A DNA stretch of 64,000 nucleotides. Source: the human T2T-CHM13v2.0 reference genome, Homo sapiens. Location: NCBI RefSeq assembly GCF_009914755.1, contig NC_060927.1, one strand, 5' to 3'. Under the pieces are notes generated by a model. It ran no database searches. It saw only the letters and a list, made by a program, of their open reading frames with translations, and was not told where the DNA came from. The position numbers and the translations under genes were made by a program. This document shows, in pieces, positions 27,382-42,680 of the stretch; positions within the stretch are counted from its first letter, which is position 1, and the number at the start of each line of letters is the position of its first letter.

Positions 27382-27468
27382 TCCCATCGAAGTACTAACC
27401 AGGCCTGACCCTGCTTAGCTTCTGAGATCAGATGAGGTCAGGTGTGTTCAGGGTGGTATGGCCATAGA
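27382..27468 (-). pseudogene. 5S rRNA retropseudogene, 3'-truncated (about nt 2-88)
   Basis: The reverse complement tctatggccataccaccctgaacacacctgacctcatctgatctcagaagctaagcagggtcaggcctggttagtacttcgatggga matches 5S rRNA, with mainly CpG-decay changes. TSD aaaatt(g/c)acattt at 27367-27379 and 27470-27482. Confidence 0.93.
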
Positions 27469-28449
27469 GAAAATTCACATTTCTAATATTTCTAATAGTT
27501 ATCTTTTGGGTCTCTGAATGCTACTTTTGATAATATATTCTATGTTCAGGTCATGATTGTAATACATTCTCTCTGAGGATTTCTGTAATACTCCCTGTTT
27601 CTCTCAAGTCTGATGATCTTTCTCTACTCATATTAAATGTTGGAGATTAAAAAGATGTTTGGATTTGGGGGACATGGAACTGTCCTTTATCTTTATTCTA
27701 ATGGTAGTTTTACAATTGTGTTTTCTGGACTCAGAACTGTACACCTAAAAACTGAATTTGATTATAAGTAAATTATGTCTTAATTTTTAAAAATTAAAAA
27801 GAAAAACAGCATTTGAAGGCTCTAAGCATGCGTTCATGGCTTACTGAATTTGAGCTTCCTTGTCAGATAATCTAACTGGGTAAGTTTACTTAAGGACGTT
27901 TACTCAGTATCTTTAAGTCTTCCCTTAGGGGCCTATAAGACTACCAATCTCTGGCTAGAGCAAGGGTGAAGGGCTCATTGCCAGAGTTGTGGAAGGTGAG
28001 TGAGAGAAGAGGTCTGAGGATTCAGGAAGTATTTGTTCATCTCAATATTGTGCTAGTGTAGCATCCATGTCTCTATTTGTGCCTAGTGCCTTGTAGTCAA
28101 GAGATCCTTGGTTTTAACCCTCTCCAGCAAATAACCTTCTGGACAGTACAGAAAATGCCCTGAAAGGTGGTGGGAGGTGGGAATCCCATTGTCTCATAAG
28201 TAAACTTTCAAAGAATCTACTTTATCTCAGCTGGCCACCACACCCCAACCTGTTCACTTCCTTTTCCAGAGGCACATGGTGCCAGCACTTTGAGATTTTG
28301 ATTACTTTGATATAAAGTCAGAATGGGTTCTTGACTTTCCCCCATACCATCTCAGAATTTTATTTCTTTTATATGCTGGGTTATTTTCCACTCATCTACT
28401 GCTTTTCTTTCCAAAATTTCACTGCTTGACTGTTTGTCTCTTCTCCTAT

Positions 28450-30145
28450 CCTGAAAGAAATTAAAGAATACCTAAGTAAATGGAAAGACAACCTGTGTTT
28501 ATGGATTGGAAGATTTAATATTAAGATGGAAATACTACCTAAAATGTTCCACCAGTTCAATGTCATCCCTATCAGAACAGATTCAGTGCAATACTTATCA
28601 AAATCCCATTCATTTTGTGCAGATATGGAAAAGCTGATCCTCAAATTCGTATGGAAAGGCAAGAGACCCTGAATGGGCAAAACAATCTAGAAAAAGTAAG
28701 ACAAAGTTGGAAAACCCACACTTCTTAATTAGAAAACAGGCTACAAATCTACACTAATCAAAACATTGTGATACTAGCATGAGGATAGACATAGATCAAT
28801 AGGGTAGAATTGAGTTTCCAGAAATAAACCCATAAATCTATCATTAATTGTCTTTTTACTAGGGTACCAGGACCATTCAACGGGGAAAGAATTGTCTCTT
28901 TAACAGATGGCACTAGGACAACTGAATATCTGCATGTAAAAATATTAAATTGGACCCTTACATTGTACTACACACAAACATTAGCTAAAAACAGATCTAA
29001 AGTCTGAATATAACACTCTTAAAAGGAGTCTTCCAAACTATAAAAGTCTTAGAAGGAAGTATAGGTTTAAATCTCCATATCCTTTCATTGGACAAGGGTT
29101 TCTTAAATATAACATCAATAGTGCAAGCAACAAAATAATAAATAGATTAACTAGACCTTGTCAAAACTAAAACCTTTCATGCTTCAAAGGATATTATCGA
29201 GAAAGCCAAAGACAACCCATATAATGGGAGAAAATACTTGCAAATATGATAATGGTTTAACATTCCAGATTATATAAAGAACTCTTACAAATCAACAACA
29301 ACAACAAAACACCAATTTAAAAAGGTGCAAAGTACTAAAATAGACATTTTACCCAGGTAGATATACAAATGGCCAACAAGCAAATGAAAACATGCTCAAC
29401 ATTGTTAGGCATCAGCAAAATGCAAATAAACCACAGGGAAATACTACTCCACATCCATTAGGATGGCTATTAGCCGAAAAAAAGGAAAAACCAAGTGTTG
29501 ACGAGGAGGTGGAGAAATCAGAACCCTCTCACATTGCTGGAGGGAATGGAAAATGGTACAGTGGCTGTGGAAAACAGCCCGCCAGGGCCTCAGAAAGTTA
29601 AACATAGGATTACCAGAAGACCCAGTGATTCCACTCCTAGGTATATTTACCAAATGATTGAAACAAGGACTCAGGCAGATTCTTGTACACTAGTATTCAT
29701 TGCGGAATTATTTATAATAGCTAAAAGGCAGAAACAACTCAAGTATCCATCAACAGATGAATGTATAAACAAAATGTGTTATAGCCATACAATGGAATAT
29801 TATTTAGCATGAAAATGAATGAAGTACTAGTTTATGCTACAACAGGATAAACTTCAACAACATTAAACTAAGTGAAATAAGCCAGGCACAAATGGTCATA
29901 TATTATTCCAATTTTGTGAAATATCTAGAATAGACAAATTCATAGAGACAAAGTAGAATAGAGTTTGTCAGGAGCTGGGGAGGTGGGAAATTGGGAGTTA
30001 CTGTTTAATGGGTATGGGGTGTCCCTTTGAGATGATGGAAATATTTTGACAAGAGGTGGTGGTGGCACAATATTGTGAATGTACTAAATGCCATTGAATT
30101 GCACTCTTTAAAATGATTAATTCATGTGAATTTATCTCAATAAAC
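28450..30145 (+). mobile_element. L1MB-like ORF2 3' part and 3' UTR
   Basis: Begins at KEIKEYLSKWKDNLCLWIG (ORF2, after the RT domain) and runs to ...tcatgtgaatttatctcaataaa. Confidence 0.88.
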
Positions 30146-33100
30146 ACAACTCCACCCACCGCCCCCTACACACAGATGAGCCTAGAACATCTTGTTTGCC
30201 AGAAAGCAAGTCAGTGATCAAAGAGTGATGAGGACACTTCAAAATGACCCAGAACCAGCTTGAATTGGTCAAATCAGGGACAATCTGTATTTTATTAACT
30301 CAGCAACAAAAAGAAACAAACTACTGATGTCCACAACAATGTAGATTGGTCTCAAATGCATTCTGCTAAATGAACAAAATGAGCCACTATAGACTACATA
30401 CCATGTGATTCTACTTGCAAAACTATAGTGACAGAAACAGACCAGTGGTTGGCAGGGGTCAGTACTGAAGGGGAGTGGACTGATTTCAAATAGGCACTAG
30501 GGAACATTTTTGGGGTTATAGAATTATTCTATATAACCATCATGGTGGCTACCTCAATAAAGTGGATAGGAAATAGAACTATCTGCCCATGTTTGAAAGA
30601 GACTTCACATTTCTCCACTATTCAGGGAACCCAGCTGCCATGGCCCGCATGACCCAGGTGGTCACAGGGGGCCAGGTGAGTGGAGACTGCCCCTTGACAA
30701 GGCCCATGTGCTCTTTGGACACCTGGGCTGCTTCACTCATTTGTGTCAGCGCTGGACTCCAAGGGTGTATGAGCAGAAAGAAATTGTGCCTGACTCCTAA
30801 ACGGCTTACAGGACAGAGAAGGGGGGGAAGTGATACTGGGGTTAAGGGTTGTGTCCTGGGAGCCTGATCTGGAGGCAGCCTGCAAGCATCTGCAGGAATA
30901 GCACCCTGTTCTCTCTCTGGAAGCCTCTGTGGCCAGTGCAGGAATCCCAGCCCCTCCCAGCCACAAGATGGGCTCTGCTTTCCCTGGTGCCATCGTGTGC
31001 TGGCAAAAGGGAACAGCAGAGGTGGATGCACGGGCTCCAGGCTTGGCAGGAAGACTGGCTGACCCCGCTCTGGGACTGCAGCCCTTGAGATTTTGAATAT
31101 CAGAGGGAGGGGGTGGCCCAGCAGGCCTGCGCTCTCTGATGAGGCATGCGTGTGGTGCAGTGATGAAACGAGTGGGCAAGGGCTGAAACCACCTCTCCCC
31201 TCAGATTTTCTGGAGCATCATTCCCGGCACAGGTGCAAAGAGGCTCAGGATGCTTATGACTCCAGTGTAGATTGTGTCCTTCATAAAACAGAACAAACCC
31301 TCTCCGTCCTGTTCAATGTTTCTTATTTTACATTCTTTTTTTCACATTACAACTGTGACCCAGGATTTTGCCTGGGTAATGGTGTTTACTTTGGGGACAG
31401 CAAGAGGTCATTCTTCCATCCCCTCCTTTCACCACATACAAGGCTGCTGGGGAGGAGGGGTCAGGGACATCAGATCATGGGGCTTTGAATTCTGCCCTAA
31501 GTCCAACCTGGGGCCTGTGAGTCCACTAAAGAGAAAACTCAAATTGCATATTTTTAAATACAGAGACCAGATTCAAGTTTGAGAGTAGACAGCTGTGTGT
31601 GCAGTGGGGGACTTAGTGGGGACCACAGAGGTGGCAGGGGGGACCAATGAGTGAGCCCCTCCCAGACTAGAGCGTGGCTCATGGCTGTAGGAGCAGGGAC
31701 ATTTGATATTGTTGACAGCTTTTGTGTGTGAAGTCCTTTTGTGACCTGAAAGGCACCAGCCCTGTGCCAGAGCCTGTGGTGGGAGCTGTGTCCCCTGGAG
31801 GCAGAGGGTGGTCCTGAGTCCTGGCCTCATCTCCATGGAGGGAATGTGAGCAGGGCACCAGCTCTGGGGTCAGGCAGCTGTCCAAGAAGATGTGAGTCCA
31901 ACCCCTTTCCCCAAACACCAGAGGAAGGGGCCTTGACAGGGCTGGGAGAGGCCCAGGCTTGTTCCTCCAGGGCAGCAGCTCTCCAGTGCAGGCAGCCAGG
32001 CTGCCTTTGCACTTGGCTGGGCCGTCCTTGGTATGCTGGTGGTGATCCAAGGGGTTACAAGAAAACAGAGCCCCAGGTTCCCACAGGTGCATTCAAGGTG
32101 CTGCAGGAAGAAATTCAGACTGCTTGACTGTGAGGCTAGTCTGTCTTCCAAATGCCTGGGGTTGGAAATGCCCTTTAAATTGGCACACGGAGATGGCATG
32201 TTGGTCAGCACTCACCTGCTGCAACAAAGACACCTCCAATGCAGTGGCCCCGAAACACAGAAGCTGGCACCTCCCTCTCCTAACCCTCTAAAGATGAGCA
32301 GCCCACGTTGGTGGGACTGTGCCCAGTGAGGTCACTCAGTAGCCCTGGTCCTTCCTTGTGGTTCGCCTCTCCCTGAGGTGCATGGCGGCAGCTGGCTCCT
32401 TTCACACCTGTACTCCCGCCTGTGGGCTGGAAGAGGAGAGGAACTGGAGGGCAGAAAACTTCACATATAAGGACTTGAAGTGGAAGCTGCAACATCATGT
32501 CCCAAACCTAGTCACATGGTTGGCAGCCATGCCAGCTGCAAAGGGACATTGGACATATGGTCTCTAGCTGGCATTGTATGCCCAGCCGAGACTTTCCTCC
32601 TAAAAGGAAGAAGCAGGGACTGGCTTCAGCAGGAACTGGCAGGAAGCTCTTCTAAAGTGATGAGAGGCCTGTTCTCTAAGCAGATTGGTCTTTAGTTTCC
32701 CAACAGACTGGTGGCTCGAGGGTCCTCGCCAATGCTGGTGCTATGTGTCCAGCAGAGCAGAGCATGCCCTGACACAGAGCAGAAGCTGGTTCCGGACAGG
32801 CCCTTACTGCCCTGGGTCCTGCAGCCAGGCTAGTTGGGGGACCATGCCCTGAAGCACACAAGCTGGGTGCTCCCGCCTGTCTGCACCCTCTGGCAGGGTG
32901 GGCATGGGCCCTGAGCCCTGCTCTGCTCCTGCAGCTTGTGCCCTGCCTAGTCCCATCACATGTGGATACCAGGTCCAGGCACCTCCCTTCTCAGTGCCCA
33001 ACCCCACCGCCACCCCGTGACCACCCAGGAGGCCACCACGGTTGTGCCCTGCCAGGCCCTTCCTCAGCAAACTGAGAAAATAGCTCCTCCTGGGGTGAGG

Positions 33101-34822
33101 GGAGCTGGAAGGTTTACCTCACCGCCCAACTGGCCGGGGTGTGAGCCAGGCAGGAATTTGGACAGTCTTGACACATGAAGCAGAACAGCCCATCCTGGCC
33201 TGCAGAGGGCACCGGGGGTGGCCAGAGAGCAGGAGAGCAGCCTGCAGTGCTGGGCTCTTGGTTTGGCTCTCATAGACCTGTGTGTGGCCTACATGGGCTG
33301 TTGGACACCATCAGACAAGGACTGGAGGGACATGTGGCTGGGGTGGAGGACAAGGGTCGGAAGGGAGGGCAAGGGAGGAATAGAAGCCAGACACACACCC
33401 TCACTGCCTCCCCTCACACAGCACAGGGCCTCCTGGAAGGGGCTGGGCTGGCAGAAGCGGTCGGGGAAACCATCCACAGCCAAGGCCTGGGTCTTGAAAG
33501 CAGTCTGGAGAGATGGCGGCAGACTCATTTCATGGGCTCAGAGGCCAGGGAGGCTCCTTGGCAGCTCATAGGCCCTGTCAACTGGGGCTACTAGAAGGAC
33601 GAACTGTGTTCAGGGCCCTGCTTGGTGGCTGACAGCACACTGGGCCCTGGAGCCGCCTCACCTTTCCGTCCCTTCAATGTTCGTGAGTCTCCCATACGCG
33701 CTACTCTCTGCTGGTCCATCACTGTGTGTCGTCGCATTATTTCATGCGGTTTAAAGAGTCAAGCAGTTCACATATAAGGAGCTCATGGCTGTCAGCTGCA
33801 GGGCTCCTGGAGGCAGCTGCTCAAGCGAGAGGGTTGGTAACAGGGCCTCCCTGGCTTTCCTAACTGGACAACAGCAGCCATTGCCACTCTGTGGCTCTCA
33901 CTGAATCACTTGACACGAGCAGAGCAGCAGCGCCCAGAGCCGCAAAGCCTTCCTGAAATAACCCTCCACGAGCAGGGGGCTCTTCCCCCATGGTCCCATT
34001 GTCAGGTCCGGCAGGAGGCAACAGGTGGCCCACTCCTGAGGGTGAACTCACCAGGAGAGTTGCAGGAGATGTTAGCACCCCATGTCAGCGGGGAGGAGCT
34101 GCCTGAGGGCTGCGGCCTGGGTGGAGGTCACAGCCTCTGCCCACCTGGGGTGGCTGTGGGGCTCCCACCCCATTTGGTCTCCTGCTGGTGCCTCCCATGG
34201 GTTGGACCTGAGTGGAGGTCAAGGCTGGAGTCCTGCTGACAAGTCCTGGAGGTCATCTCCAGGGACACAAAGCAGGTGGAGGAGGGCTGGTGGTGGGGGC
34301 GGTGGGGGGTGTCTGCAGGAGCAAACAGAACCTCCAGCACACTGCTTTGCTTCAGGAATGACTTTTCTGACTCAAGCTCAGCATAGTGAGTGGCATGCTG
34401 TCCCCTGCCCCACCACGCACTGCGGCAGGTGCTCCCCGCTGCTCACCAAAACCAAAGGCCATACCCTCTGTGCCTACTGTCTCAGGCCATGCCTGCCAAC
34501 AATCCCCTGCTAGCTGGCCAATGGTGACATTCCCATCCTTCACAGGGGAGCATTATTCTCAAACAGGGATGTATGAGTCTATCGAACTCAGCACTTGTAT
34601 TTCATTGTTTGTATCTGGTGCATTATTTTATACAAGTAATATGTGCATGTGGTCTAAAGAGACAAGAAGCCCTAAAAGGCTCACACGAAATACCTCTGCT
34701 CTCTGAACAGCCTTTTCCTTCTGCCAGGTCCCTTTCCCAGCAGCAGTGGTGTTTGTCTGGTTTGGTGTTTCTTATTGCTAAGCCATTGGGTGTAGCTGCT
34801 TTGGCTTCTTCCATGTGAGAGA

Positions 34823-34836
34823 TCATCCGCTGATAC
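34823..34836 (-). CDS. TXNRD3NB: TXNRD3NB terminal coding portion (C-I-S-G-stop)
   Basis: Acceptor cccacaacag|GT ATC AGC GGA TGA after a 110-nt intron, giving 133 aa in total. Confidence 0.65.
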
Positions 34837-34946
34837 CTGTTGTGGGAGATGAGGACTCAGCTGTTAAAAACCGGCCTCCATGCCCTATCTCATCCCCTAA
34901 AGCAATTACAGGAGAACTTCTGGATAAATCAGCATTCATCACTTAC

Positions 34947-35334
34947 ATTTCATGCCTGGGCAAACATCATCCTTTCTCATGGCTGGCTCTGCCTTACCCT
35001 CCACTTTCCCAGGGCCAGGATAGGTTTCTTGACCTTTCCCCTCTGGCTGCCCAGGCTCTCCAGAAAGACATTTTGCCTTCTCCTGGGTGGAGGGTACAGA
35101 TCTGGCTTGCAGTGCCCTGGAGATCTTCAGTAGTCTCTTAATCTCTTCCAGGGGACTGGGAAACCCCTGTCCAAAAACCTTGTCTCCATGTTCCAGAGAG
35201 GACGCCTCTGCAGTGGTGTGGGAGCAGCAGCAAGCCAGCCCCACACTCAATCGTGCCCTCACAGGCTCCAGTGGCATCTGCTGCTCAGCTTTCAGCTCCG
35301 GCTGCCCAAGTCTCCTCTCGCTCAGGTCCCTCAT
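34947..35334 (-). CDS. TXNRD3NB: TXNRD3NB putative protein, main coding exon (MRDLSERRLGQPELKAEQQ...PGMK-C)
   Basis: ATG at 35334, open for 129 codons plus 1 nt to donor AAAT|GTAAGT. Matches the 133-aa TXNRD3 neighbour ORF as I recall it. No recognisable domain; coding status doubtful. Confidence 0.7.
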
Positions 35335-35975
35335 CCAGCTCTGGCTTCCAGAGGTCAGCTGCTGCAGTCTCCTATCCTCCTATTCTTCCGGGTCTAGGCT
35401 TTCATGAAACATCCCGCTGCAATCTGAGAGGACCTTCGGTAGACAGTATTATTACATTTGTTTTCAATCCACCCTCTTAACCCAGAGGTCCACTTTATCT
35501 TATATATCTTTTCTTCTGTGCCATTATTATTATAATTCCTTTCTGTTTAAGGCAGTAAGATTGGTTTCCTTTTACGGTAGTTGTAAACCAAAAGTATCTC
35601 AGACAGGTCCCAATCAATTTTTGCCAAGGTTAAGGACACATCCCGGGAGACAGGTCTGTGCCTTTCTCCAAAGATGGTTTTAACAGCTTCAATATTTAAA
35701 GGGGAAAAGCCTGCTGGAGGGGACAGAGGGAGGGTATGGTCTCATTACTGAATCCACATGTTGCAAGAGAAAAGGAGCAGGTAGGGGAATGGTCAATTAT
35801 GTGTTCATCCTGTGCTCACTATAAGATAAGGTGAACATGGAGTGAAGCTCTTTAACTTTTATCTGTTACTGTCTGCTCAGGAACAAAAGGAAAGGCTGCT
35901 TCTTGCACGACTCGGCTTTCAGCTTAATTTTTTCCTTTAGGCAGAGTGAATTGGGGTCCCAGTTTTATTTTCCTT

Positions 35976-37268
35976 TGTAAACCAAAAATAAAATTCTAAG
36001 GCTCCCCAACCATTTGAATAAACCCCTCCTCTCCACCAGGGCATTCCAAAGTTAACCAGAAAAACTGTTTTAGGACATGATGGGAAGGGAGCGTTGAACA
36101 TGCTTCATCATACCATCTTCCTGTTAGCAGCGGTGGCGAATCAGTACAGGTCTGCAGCAACCTCAGTTCTTGCCTCCTCAGAGGAAAGAATTCAGCCGAG
36201 GGGCATAAGGCAAAGGGAGAGACAGAGGGCAGTTTGGAGCAGGAGTGAAAGTTCACTAAAAGGTTTATATACTTTTTATAAAGGTTTAGAGCAGGAATGA
36301 CAGGAAGTAAAGTATACTTGGAAGAGGACAAGTGGGTGTCTTGAGAGATCAAGTGCACGGTTTGACCACTGACTTGGGGCTTACATGTTGGCAGGCTCCC
36401 GGAGGGTTGCATCCCTTCTCTGATTCTTCCCTTGGGACGGGCTGTCTGCATGAGCAGTGGCCTGCCAGAACTTGGGAGGGGCCACGGGTGTGGTGTGTTT
36501 ACTGAAACCGTGCGCATGCTCGCTTGAGGCGTTCTTCCGTCCCAGTCAAGTGTTTTAAACTCCACCGTTTTGCCTCTTAGTGCACATGCTTGAACCCACT
36601 CGCCCAACTCCAGAGACCTTATCGGGAAGCTGCTGCTCACCAGCTTCAGACTGTATCTATCTATTGGGAGACTGCCTTTTCCTGGCGCTGGCTGCGACCA
36701 ATTATTATTTTTAGAGAGACAGTTTCACAACTGCCTGACCATCACCTGATGGTGGCCTGACATTCCCGGTGGGGAGGCCCTTTCCTGCCATGCTCATGTC
36801 TGACTAGCTACCTATACTATAACACTCCTTTTTGGATTTCAGGAAAAGCTGACCAGCATTAACATCAACACAGACCTTAAGTGTGATAAGAAACATTTAT
36901 ATTCTATTCTCTCTGAAGCCTGCTACCTGGAGGCTTCATCTGCATGTTAAAATTTCGGTCTTCACAGCCCCTTATCATCGTAACCCAGATACTCCTTTCT
37001 ATTGATCCCAGGTCTTTAGATAATAACTTAACTCTTTCAAACAACTACTAATTAGAAAAATTTTAAATCTACCTATAACCTGGAAGCCACTCTGTATATC
37101 TTACATGTTTTTGATTGATGTCTCCTGTCTCTCTAAAATGTATAAAACCAGGCTGTGTCCTGACCACCTGGGGCACATGTTCTCAGGATCTCTTTGGCCA
37201 CTGGTCACCCATATTTGGCTCAGAATAATCTCTTCAAATATTTTACAGTTTGACTCTTTTCATTGACA
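35976..37268 (+). mobile_element. MER4-family ERV1 LTR (middle element)
   Basis: tgtaaaccaaaaataaaattctaag ... tttgactcttttcattgaca, with a perfect 4-bp TSD cctt. Confidence 0.8.
36122..36824 (-). mobile_element. MER50-like ERV1 LTR (innermost element)
   Basis: The minus strand starts tgttatagtataggtagctagtcagacatgagc. TG...CA ends, TSD ttcc/ctcc. Confidence 0.78.
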
Positions 37269-37362
37269 CCTTTCACATAGCAATATTGTTTCCTTTTAAA
37301 ATACATATATTTAAGTACATATTCATAAAATGTGAGTTGATTTATAAAAATATTACTAGGTA

Positions 37363-37701
<339 letters not shown>

Positions 37702-37844
37702 TCAGGAGTGATGGAAGTTTGGGAAACACAGCACTTAAGGAATTTTAAGGTTCCTTAGATATTTCTGAAATTTAATGATTTTGTAACTATTAGGAAAGTA
37801 AAGAAAGATACCTAAATCTCCAAATTTGTTTGATCTGAAATACC

Positions 37845-39742
<1,898 letters not shown>

Positions 39743-39743
39743 A

Positions 39744-39949
39744 TGGGTTCAAGCAATTCTTCTGCCTCAGCCTCCCGAGTAGCTAGGACTACAGATGCAC
39801 GCCACCACACTCAGCTAATTTTTGTATTTTTAGTAGAGACAGGGTTTCACCATATTGGCCGACCTGGTCTCGAACTCCTGACCTCGTGATCCGCCCGCCT
39901 CAGCCTCCCAAAGTGTTGGGATAACAGGTGTGAGCCACCGCGCCTGGCC
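39744..39949 (-). mobile_element. Alu, partial
   Basis: Antisense Alu lacking the 3' part of the right arm. Confidence 0.88.
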
Positions 39950-42439
39950 ATTCTGCCTGTTATTAAATGTGGTCTACGAACACTGATGCGTCCAGCTCAG
40001 GGAAGGTTCTTGGCAGCCCCTCCAAGGGCAGGTGCTGCAGTCACCAGGGTGGGAGGCACCCTCTTCTGTGCTCACCACACACCACTGCAGGTGTGTGCCC
40101 AGCAGCTGTTCTCCTAGGGTTAGAGGTTCTTTCTACATAATTCATTAAACTCTTTTCCACAAATATTTGTTGCACACCTACTAGGAGTCAGGCAGTGTAT
40201 CAGGAGCTGGGAATGCAGTGATGAGCAAACCAGACACAGGCCCTCCTCCCACGCAGTATGCAGCCTCCTGGGGGAGGCAGACTGGAACCAAATAACCAAG
40301 AAGGAAATTCTCTGTGGGTGGGGGCTGAGTACACATTGATTAGATAAAGGGGAAGGGAAAGGGCTGCGGGCAGAGAAAGTGCAGAGCTGGCTGGCTGGGC
40401 ACCTGGCTGGAGAGCAGGGAGCTGGGGGTAGCTGGAAGATGGGCAGCCCCCCACTAGGCAGGGCCTTGAGCCATGCTAGGGACTTTGGTCTGTGGTATCA
40501 GAGTACTGGTGGTCATTTACACAGGCTCAAAGTCAAGATCCACAACTCACCAGTGCATGACCTTGGATGCATTACTTACTCTCTCACCTTAGTTTCCTCA
40601 CCTGTCAAATGCAAGCAATCATAGTTGCAGGGAGGATGAAATGGCTGTGGAGGTCCTCAGATGGTACTTGCACACTGGGAGGCTGGGTGGGTGTTTGCTA
40701 TTCTTATGCAATCCAAAAGAAACGGTATCTTTAAAAGGTTTTAAGCAGGAGAGTATCATCAGATTTGTGGACATGGGAAGGACAGATGGGAGGGGTGGAC
40801 ATGACAGGGGGACTTAGGACGTGGAATTGAGAGGTTGGATGTGGAGGGGAGGCAAAGGAAATGTCAAGGACCAGCCTCTGCTGGGGCAGCATGGAGGTGC
40901 CAATTGCTGAGATGTGGGTTGTAGATGTGGTGTGTGCTAGGAGGCAGGGTGTGTGCTGGGAGCTGCGGCCTAGATGGGTGGCCAGGGGAAAACAGTGCCT
41001 AAGGAGGACCCGGGGCTGTGGAGCAGGGGGGCTGGGGTCTCTGCCTCCACACTGCTGGCCTTCCTGGTGTGGGGCCGCCCATGCTTCTGGGATGTTTAGC
41101 ATCCCTGGACTCTCCCAGCCGAATGCCAGTGCAGCTCCCAACTCTCCAGCTGTGGTGACCAAAATGTCTCTGACATTGACAAGTTTCCCTGGGCAGGGTG
41201 GGAGGGGAGTGGGGGGCATCACAACTGCAGTTTGGAGGCAGTGCTCTAGGTCTCAAGGCTGCCCAACACCCAGAGGGCAGCCCTGCGCTCCAAGTCCGCC
41301 CTCCCCAACACACTGGGCTGACCCCACCAGACCCTGGGCTCTGTCTTCAAAAGCCCATCCTCAAAGTACCAGCCCACGAACTAGCCCCCACACTACCATC
41401 CCATAATGCTCTGCCCACCCCCCTCCTGCCCCGAGTGACCTCCACACCCCCCACTCCCTAATTCTTCTGCTGTGCACCAGGAACTGCTCTCCTGGTGGGG
41501 GTGAGGGCAGCCCCACGCCCATGTCCTTACCTCATCTTCTGGTGCCCTGCCCCTTGCCCTGAACAAAGCCTGGCCTCCCATGCCTGGTTCTGGGCAGCAG
41601 CTAAGGGATCCACACACAAAATCTAACAACACACAACCCAGTGCCAGGGCCACACGATCCTTGAGTGGGCGACCCTGGAGAGCTGCACCTAGAGGAAGAG
41701 AGGCCTGGGCTCTGGTCCCCCTACCTGGGGCCTGGTCCTGCTCTGCGCCTCGTGCTGTGTGACTCTGGGCAGGCCCTTCACCTCCTGACCCTTAGTCTCC
41801 TCAAATGGAGGCCAGGACTAAGCCATGCCTCCTGGCAGGGTTGTTGTGGGCTTAAAGACGACACACCTGCTAGATGAGTCCCTTGCAACGCAGGGCAAAG
41901 GGATGAAGGGGGAAGAAGGGCTGCCCTCACTGGGCCTCTGATGATCCCCAAACTGCCCTCAAGCAGTCCCTGCACACCTGTGCCCTCCCAGGGGATGGGC
42001 TCCAGCCCTGGCCAACTTCTCCAGGTGCTCAGTCACACTGCTTCGTCTGGGGTCTCTCCCTTGTGATCTTAGCTATAGTCATGACCACATTTCACCCTGA
42101 CAAACATGTAGAGCAGGAACCAGCCACAGAAGAAGGGGCTCGCAGAGAGCTGTTGTCCCACCCACATGCCCTGCTCCTTTCTGCAGGCCAGACACAGCCA
42201 CCACTAGATCTGGGGTTCTGTCCACGCCATGTCCTCCCCTTTGCACACTCAGCCTGCACTAACCCCAGCAGAGAAGCAGCTTTGTGTGGCACCCCCAACA
42301 CTCCCCTTGGTGGTCCCCATTGGCTTGGATCCGTGATCAGCAGCATGCCACATGGGACCCTCCTTTCCATCCTCTCCCTCTCTTGTGTGTGGTGGCATCT
42401 CCTGTCCTCCCGCAAACCAAGAGCTAAGGTGGGCAGTCC

Positions 42440-42680
42440 CTGATCACAGGCTGGCATCCTGGGTTCAGAAGACAGACTGCCTGGGTTCAAATCCCAGTCC
42501 CAACGCTTACTAACTCTGGGCCTTGGGCAAGTTTTATAAATCTTCATCTGCTTCCTGTGTGTCTCATGGAGTTGACAATTAAATACAGCCCCTGCCTCAG
42601 AGAGCTGCGATGCAGGTTAAATGAGACACAGAAAATGTGCCTGGCACAGAGCTCAATACATCGTTGCTATTGTTGTTGTT
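42440..42680 (+). mobile_element. MIR fragment
   Basis: cagactgcctgggttcaaatcccagt...ccttgggcaagtt...tgcctggcacagagctcaata. Confidence 0.7.

Larger units (their letters stand above)
35582..37277 (-). mobile_element. MER4A-like ERV1 LTR (outer element, split by nested insertions)
   Basis: TG at 35582 and CA at 37277. The terminus ttttattttcctt|tcaca is split at 35975/37273. Flanks tagt/tagc. Confidence 0.75.

Noticed and set aside
32460-33780. Exact 14-mer ttcacatataagga present twice (32460 and 33767), CArG-like
   Set aside because: Several 14-mer matches are expected by chance in 64 kb, and it is not a consensus CC(A/T)6GG.
34780-34836. TXNRD3NB TGA as possible selenocysteine, or terminal CISG as a CaaX box
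   Set aside because: No SECIS-like hairpin is recognisable downstream, read-through would add only about 14 residues, and CISG is a poor prenylation motif.
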